NCBI GenBank assembly: GCA_963727485.1
Contig: CAVSGM010000012.1
Location: 1 to 32,067 of the forward strand
Direction of reading: 5' to 3'
Origin: an uncultured delta proteobacterium
GTDB taxonomy: Bacteria; Myxococcota; Myxococcia; SLRQ01
Length of the DNA: 32,067 nt
This document shows positions 26,772-32,067 of this stretch, piece after piece; position 1 is the first letter of the stretch, and each line of letters starts with the position of its first letter. Under the pieces are notes generated by a model. The model was not told the DNA's origin and did not search any database. It worked only from the letters and a program-made list of their open reading frames with translations. Both the position numbers and the translations under genes were made by a program.

Positions 26772-29462
26772 ATGGCGAAGAAGCGCGTCTACGAGATGGC
26801 CAAGGAGCTGGGCCTCTCCAACAAGGAAGTGGTCGACAAGCTCCAGGCACTGGGGTTCGACGTGAAGTCGCACTCCTCGAGCCTGGAAGACGTCGAGGCC
26901 GATGCGGCGATGTCCCGGATCCGCGGTGAGACCGCCGAGCCGGAGGCGCCGAAGAAGGTCGCGGCGCCGGCGGGCGTGGTCCGCCGTCGCCGGAAGAAGA
27001 CCGCCGGCGACACCGAGGTGGTGACCGAGACCCGGATCGTCCCCGGGGCCCCCCAGGCCCAGGAGGAGGTCGTCCGGACCACCGAGCAGCCGGTGGCCCC
27101 CGAGCCCGAGGAGGTGCCCGCCGAGGTCGCCGCCGAGGGGATCGAGGCCGAGGCCGCCGCCGAGGGCGAGGCCGCCGGTGTCGAGGCCGCCGCCGAGGGC
27201 GAGACCCCGGCCGTCGCCGCCGAGGGCGAGTCCCAGGCCGCCGCCAGCGCCGAGGCCGGCACCAACGGCGGGGCCGCCGCCAAGAGCGACCCGAACCTCC
27301 CCGCCGTCAACGAGGGCGAGGTGGTCAGCGTCGAAGATCGGCTCAAGGAGCCCACGGCCACCCAGGCGGTGGTCATCAGCCGGCCCCTGATCCCGGTGGC
27401 GCCCAAGGTCCCGCCGGCGCCCCGGACCGCCGGTGGCCCCGGCCGGCGCATCGGGCCGGTCAAGGAGTACCAGGTGGTCTCCGACGCCCTCGGCCGCGGC
27501 CGGGAGTTCGTCGACGTCACCAAGGACAAGGGCAAGCGCAAGACCCCAGGCGGCGAGCGCCGCGCCAAGGAGGCCTTCAGCAAGCGCGAGCTGATGACCA
27601 TGGCCCGCTCCCGGGCCTTCGTGCCCATGCGCGGCCGCAAGCGCCGGCCCACCAAGAAGGGCAAGAAGACCGAGGTCACCCAGGCGGCGGCCCACAAGCG
27701 GATCATCCGCGTCGAGGAGACCATCCAGGTCGCCGAGCTCGCCAAGGGCATGGGCGTGCGGCTCACCGACGTCATCCGCAAGCTGATGCAGCTCGGGGCG
27801 CCGGCGACGGCCAACCAGTCCATCGACGTGGAGACCGCGCAGCTGGTGGCCGACGAGTTCGAGTACACCGTGGTGAAGACCGGCATCGAGCTCGAGGACA
27901 TCCTGGAGACCGCGCCCGAGGGCGAGGAGATCGAGGGCGGCGAGTCGCGGCCGGCGGTGGTCACCGTCATGGGCCACGTCGACCACGGCAAGACCTCGCT
28001 CCTCGACTACATCCGCAAGAGCCGGGTGGCGTCGGGCGAGGCCGGGGGCATCACCCAGCACATCGGCGCCTACAGCGTGCCGGTGGGCGAGGGGAGCATC
28101 ACCTTCCTCGACACCCCGGGCCACGAGGCGTTCACCGCGATGCGCGCCCGCGGGGCCCAGGTCACCGACGTGGTGATCCTGGTCGTCGCCGCCGACGACT
28201 CGATCATGCCCCAGACCGTCGAGGCCATCAATCACGCCAAGGAGGCGGGGGTGCCCCTGGTGGTCGCGGTCAACAAGTGCGACCTCCCCCAGGCGAACCC
28301 CGAGCGGGTGCGCCAGGGCCTCACCGAGCACGGCCTCGTCCCCGAGGAGTGGGGCGGCGACGTGATGGTGGTCGACGTCTCGGCCAAGAGCGGCGAGGGC
28401 GTGGACAAGCTGCTGGACGCCGTGAACCTCCAGGCCGAGGTCCTCGAGCTCAAGGCCAACCCCGAGGCGCCGGCCCAGGGCGTGGTCATCGAGGCCAAGG
28501 TCGAGAAGGGCCGCGGGCCGGTGGCCAGCGTCCTGGTGAAGAACGGCACCCTCCACAAGGGGGACGTGATCTTCACCGGCACCCACTACGGCAAGATCCG
28601 CGCGCTCCTCGACGACACCGGCAAGCCCATCAAGGACGTCGGTCCGGGGCTCCCGGCCGAGGTCCTCGGTCTCGACGGCGTGCCCTCGGCGGGGGACAAG
28701 TTCTACACCGCCAAGGACGAGAAGGCGGCCCGGGAGCTGGCGGCCAAGAACGCCGAGAAGGCCCACGTCGAGGGCCTCGGCGGCGACGCCGCCCTCGACA
28801 AGCGCATGAGCCTCGAGCAGCTGTTCTCCGCGATGAAGGAGTCGGAGCAGAAGGAGCTCAAGCTCATCGTCAAGGCCGACGTCCAGGGCTCCACCGAGGC
28901 GGTGATCGGCGCCCTGACCAAGCTGACCACCGAGAAGGTGAAGGTCACGGTCATCCACCAGGGCGTCGGGGCCATCTCCGAGTCCGACGTGATGCTCGCC
29001 GCCGCCTCCGGGGCGGTGATCGTGGGCTTCAACGTCAAGCCCGACGGCAAGGCCCGGAAGACCGCCGACCACGAGGGCGTGGATGTGCGCGCCTACAGCG
29101 TCATCTACGACGCGGTGGACGACGTGAAGGCCGCGATGATTGGCCTGTTGCCCCCCATCCGCAAGGAGCAGTCGGTGGGCCACGCCGAGGTCCGGGAGGT
29201 CTTCCGGGTCAGCGGCAAGGGCACCATCGCCGGCTGCGCGGTGGTCGACGGCAAGGTGCAGCGCTCCGCCCACATCCGGGTGCTCCGCGACAAGGCCTCG
29301 GTCTTCGAGGGGCGGATCGACGGCCTCAAGCGGTTCAAGGAGGACGTCCGCGAGGTGCCCACCGGCATGGAGTGCGGCGTCAGCATCGCCGGCTTCAACG
29401 ACGTGAAGGCCGGCGACGTCCTCGAGGTCTTCGACATCGAGGAGGTGCGGCCCACCCTCTAG
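26772..29462 (+). CDS. infB: translation initiation factor IF-2
   Basis: [12 protein letters not shown]-terminus, [64 protein letters not shown]. Confidence 0.99.
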   Translation: MAKKRVYEMAKELGLSNKEVVDKLQALGFDVKSHSSSLEDVEADAAMSRIRGETAEPEAPKKVAAPAGVVRRRRKKTAGDTEVVTETRIVPGAPQAQEEVVRTTEQPVAPEPEEVPAEVAAEGIEAEAAAEGEAAGVEAAAEGETPAVAAEGESQAAASAEAGTNGGAAAKSDPNLPAVNEGEVVSVEDRLKEPTATQAVVISRPLIPVAPKVPPAPRTAGGPGRRIGPVKEYQVVSDALGRGREFVDVTKDKGKRKTPGGERRAKEAFSKRELMTMARSRAFVPMRGRKRRPTKKGKKTEVTQAAAHKRIIRVEETIQVAELAKGMGVRLTDVIRKLMQLGAPATANQSIDVETAQLVADEFEYTVVKTGIELEDILETAPEGEEIEGGESRPAVVTVMGHVDHGKTSLLDYIRKSRVASGEAGGITQHIGAYSVPVGEGSITFLDTPGHEAFTAMRARGAQVTDVVILVVAADDSIMPQTVEAINHAKEAGVPLVVAVNKCDLPQANPERVRQGLTEHGLVPEEWGGDVMVVDVSAKSGEGVDKLLDAVNLQAEVLELKANPEAPAQGVVIEAKVEKGRGPVASVLVKNGTLHKGDVIFTGTHYGKIRALLDDTGKPIKDVGPGLPAEVLGLDGVPSAGDKFYTAKDEKAARELAAKNAEKAHVEGLGGDAALDKRMSLEQLFSAMKESEQKELKLIVKADVQGSTEAVIGALTKLTTEKVKVTVIHQGVGAISESDVMLAAASGAVIVGFNVKPDGKARKTADHEGVDVRAYSVIYDAVDDVKAAMIGLLPPIRKEQSVGHAEVREVFRVSGKGTIAGCAVVDGKVQRSAHIRVLRDKASVFEGRIDGLKRFKEDVREVPTGMECGVSIAGFNDVKAGDVLEVFDIEEVRPTL

Positions 29463-29501
29463 CAGGGGGCCGCATCGGCCCGGAACCCGGGCGCGTCTCC
29501 A

Positions 29502-30104
29502 ATGGTCGTCGGCATCACCCGCGTCAGCCTGGCCCTCCCGGGCAACGACTCCCTGAAGGGCAAGCGCTCGGTGGTGAAGAAGCTCCTGGAGCGGGTGCGC
29601 TCGCGGTTCCACATCTCCGCTGCCGAGGTCGACGCCCAGGACAGCCTCCAGCGGGCGGTCCTCGGGTTTGCCACCGTGGGCAGCGATGGCCGCAAGGTCG
29701 CCACCGTCCTCGAGCGCATGGTCGACTTCATCGACGACGCAGGGTTGGCCCAGGTGGTGGCGGTGGAGCAGGAGACCGTGAACTACGGCGACGACGCCCT
29801 CGGCGAGGATGTGTGGGGGAGCTACGCGGAGAAGTTCGGCGCCGACGAGACCTGGCCCCCGGCGGGGGTGATGCCGGCGCTGGACGCCGGGCCCGCCGGG
29901 GATGCCGACGCCCGTGACGCCACTGACGCCGACGCCGACGCCATCGCCACCGACGCCGGGGAGCTCGCCGACGCCCGGGACGGCGCCGGGTCCGGGCACC
30001 GGGTGCGCATCCGCCCGGGGAGCCTGGGCTTCGGCTCCCGGAAGGCCGTGGACATCCCCGCTCCCGGGGACGCGGCCGCCGACGAGGACGAGGAGGATTC
30101 GTGA
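29502..30104 (+). CDS. DUF503 (YlxP) protein with long acidic C-terminal extension
   Basis: MVVG....L.LP..SLKGKRSVVK....R.RF.IS.AEVD.QD..QRA.LGFA.V. Lies between infB and rbfA. Confidence 0.88.
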   Translation: MVVGITRVSLALPGNDSLKGKRSVVKKLLERVRSRFHISAAEVDAQDSLQRAVLGFATVGSDGRKVATVLERMVDFIDDAGLAQVVAVEQETVNYGDDALGEDVWGSYAEKFGADETWPPAGVMPALDAGPAGDADARDATDADADAIATDAGELADARDGAGSGHRVRIRPGSLGFGSRKAVDIPAPGDAAADEDEEDS

Positions 30105-30563
30105 GCCACCGTACCGCCATGCTGGGTCACGTGATCCAGAGGAGATCACCACCCTCATCCAGCGGGGGAAGCTCAAGGACCCGCGGGTCCACGAGCTGAC
30201 CACCATCACCGGGGTCGACGTCACCGGCAATCTCTCCCTGGCCCGGGTCTACTTCACCGTCCTCGGCGACCAGGCGGCCATCGAGGAGACGGGCCGGGGG
30301 CTCCAGGCCGCCAGCGGCTTCCTCCACCGGCACCTGGGCAAGGTCCTCACCGTGCGCCAGGTCCCGACCCTGGAGTTCCGCTACGACCCCTCGGTGGCCC
30401 AGGGGGAATCGGATCGAGCGGCTGCTGGCGGGCCTGCCGGAGCTGCATGAGGACGCCGCGGGAGATGCGGGGGACGACGCCGAGGCCGAGGCCGACGCCG
30501 GTGCCGAGGCCGATGTCGAGGCCGAGGACGAGGACAATCCTCGAGGGATCCGCCCAGCGGTAG
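30101..30563 (+). CDS. rbfA: 30S ribosome-binding factor A (apparent indels at ~30139, 30406-30410 and possibly ~30537; 3' end uncertain)
   Basis: GTG start overlaps the DUF503 stop. Reconstructed MSHRTAMLGHVIQEEITTLIQRGKLKDPRV..LTTITGVDVTG(D/N)LSLARVYF...GLQAASGFL...LTVRQVPTLEFRYDPSVAQGDRIERLL followed by an acidic tail. Confidence 0.88.
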
Positions 30564-30619
30564 ACGTCCGGGACCGGCCGGCGACGTGCCGGGCGGTGGT
30601 GGGGGCGTTCGGGAGGGGT

Positions 30620-30858
30620 CCGGCGTGCCCGTTTGAATCCGGCGTCGGGGAAGCCCGCACCCGCCCTTGGGCACCGCGCCACACGGCGCCTGAACCCTTC
30701 AGGCGAGGACCCGCCGCGAGCCGGCTCCCCGCGTCCGCATGGGTGATCTCCCCACTCGCCGCCCCTGGAAGAGCTTGCGCGCGGGGCCGGATCCCCCTTT
30801 CCCCAAGGTCTTGGGGTGCCCACATTCCCGATCCGCGGTCCGAATCCTTCACATCCGG
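30620..30858 (-). ncRNA. candidate structured non-coding RNA, unassigned family
   Basis: Four nested long-range stems closing a multibranch core. Outer stems need G-U pairs that form only on the minus strand. No convincing ORF. Confidence 0.4.
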
Positions 30859-30875
30859 GGCCGCGGAAGGATAAT
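30848..30875 (+). promoter_or_regulatory. internal sigma70-like promoter for nrnA-truB
   Basis: TTCACA (30848-30853), 16 bp, GATAAT (30870-30875). GGAGG RBS before ATG 30909. Confidence 0.5.
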
Positions 30876-30908
30876 CTGGCCTTTCCCCACCCTGGCTCGG
30901 GAGGGCAC

Positions 30909-31877
30909 ATGCTTGAGCGGGTCGCGGACCTGGTCCGCGAAGGACGGCGATTTCTGGTGACGATGCATCGGCGCCCGGACGGGGACGCCCTGGGGTCCAG
31001 CCTCGCGCTGGCCTGCGCCCTGCGAGAGATGGGCAAGGACGTGGTCCACTACAACCCGGACCCGGTGCCTACAACCTGCGCTTCCTCCCGGGCGCCAATC
31101 GCATCGTCGACACCGTCGAGGGTGATTTCGACGCCACGCTGGTGTGCGACACCCCTCGCCTCGAGCGCCTCGGCGACGCCCTCCCGGGGGCCCCGGCGCG
31201 GGGCGTGCTGGTGAGCCTCGACCACCACGGCGGCGAGCCCTTCGGCGACGTGAACCTGGTGGACACCGGGGCGGCGGCGGTGGGGGTCCTGGTGTGGCGG
31301 CTCCTCGGGACCCTCGGGCACCCGGTGAGCCGGGAGGTGGCCCACGGCCTCTACGCCTCGAATCCTCACCGACACCGGCTCGTTCCGCTACGACTCCACC
31401 GACCCCGAGTCGCTGACGATCACCGGCGAGCTCATCGCCGCCGGGGTCCGTCCCTGGGAGATCGCCTCCCGGATCTACGAGTCCCAGCCCGCGGCCCGGG
31501 TGCGTCTGCTGGCGCGGGTGCTGGCCACCCTCGACGTCACCCTCGCCGGCCGCTACGCCACCCTGGTGGTCACCCGCGAGATGCTCGACGCCTGCGGGGC
31601 CACCGAGGAGATGCTCGACGGCTTCGTTAACCACGCCCGGGGCGTGGATGGGGTGGAGGTCGCGGGTCTGTTCGTGGAACTGCCGGACGGCGCCTGGAAG
31701 GGCTCGTTCCGCAGCCGCGGCAACGTCGACCTCCGGGCGCTGGGCAGCGGCCTCGGGGGCAACGGCAAGCACAACGCCGCCAGCGCCGTCTTGACCGGCG
31801 ACGAAGCAGCGGTTAAGGACCGGGCGGCGCGCGCCGTGGCCTCACTCTTCGGCGTCGCCGACACCGCCGTGGCCTGA
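30909..31877 (+). CDS. nrnA: DHH/DHHA1 phosphoesterase (NrnA-like nanoRNase/pAp phosphatase); two compensating apparent indels (31068-31069, 31360-31364)
   Basis: MH.RPDGDALGS, then after a shift YNLRFLPG...VCDT...SLDHH, then after GAATC LYASILTDTGSFRY...K.SFRS...GG.G..NAA. Typical position between rbfA and truB. Confidence 0.85.
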
Positions 31878-31939
31878 CCGCCACTGACCACCCTCTTCGC
31901 CCACGCGGGTCCGAGCCCCGCGCGGCTTCGCGAATCGCC

Positions 31940-32067
31940 ATGAGCACCGTGTCCTCGGGGAAGGCGCCCCGCCCCCCGGATCCCGCCGGGATCCTCGTCG
32001 TCAACAAGCCCAGTGGCCCCACCTCCCACGACGTGGTCGCGTCCATCCGCCGCCACCTCCGGGTCAA
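31940..32067 (+). CDS. truB: tRNA pseudouridine(55) synthase TruB, 5' part (runs off the window)
   Basis: MSTVSSGKAPRPPDPAGILVVNKPSGPTSHDVVASIRRHLRV carries the TruB N-terminal G.L.V.KP.G.TSHDVV motif. Confidence 0.9.
   Translation, partial: MSTVSSGKAPRPPDPAGILVVNKPSGPTSHDVVASIRRHLRV

Noticed and set aside
30620..30860. tmRNA (minus-strand GGATGTGAAGGATTCGGAC resembles a tmRNA 5' end)
   Set aside because: No GGGG 5' acceptor stem, no proper T-arm or CCA 3' end, no tag ORF, and too short.
30101..31877. rbfA and nrnA as pseudogenes or programmed frameshift genes
   Set aside because: Catalytic and structural motifs are intact, there are no slippery heptamers, and indels mostly coincide with GATC-like sites or short homopolymers. 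Assembly error is more parsimonious.

Overview
Very GC-rich bacterial chromosomal window. Gene content suggests Myxococcota/deltaproteobacteria (inference from the PilT paralog, TSP3 lipoproteins, Hanks kinase and orphan GAF protein). Left end: 3' end of a UvrD/Rep helicase, rplM-rpsI, a TSP3/FG-GAP lipoprotein and a PilT-family ATPase. Middle: Ser/Thr kinase, membrane proteins, a HEAT-repeat/DUF1460 amidase fusion, a DUF4398-OmpA(TSP3)-GAF cluster, a NUDIX-MBL fusion, mutY, a SufS-like PLP enzyme, ppc, a secreted protein with a duplicated 6-Cys domain, and a nitrilase. Right end: rimP-nusA-ylxR-infB-DUF503-rbfA-nrnA-truB. I saw no CRISPR array, rRNA, tRNA or transposase. Most notable non-gene signals: (1) frameshifts and substitutions recurring at apparent GATC sites (GATC read as GAATC, AATC or GATT), suggesting GATC methylation seen through long-read consensus errors; (2) a ~240-nt highly base-paired, minus-strand RNA-like element between rbfA and nrnA; (3) an ~85-bp palindromic element with 10-bp-periodic TGGGA repeats between convergent genes; (4) repeated leaderless-type promoters, including a symmetric bidirectional one in a 21-bp gap.
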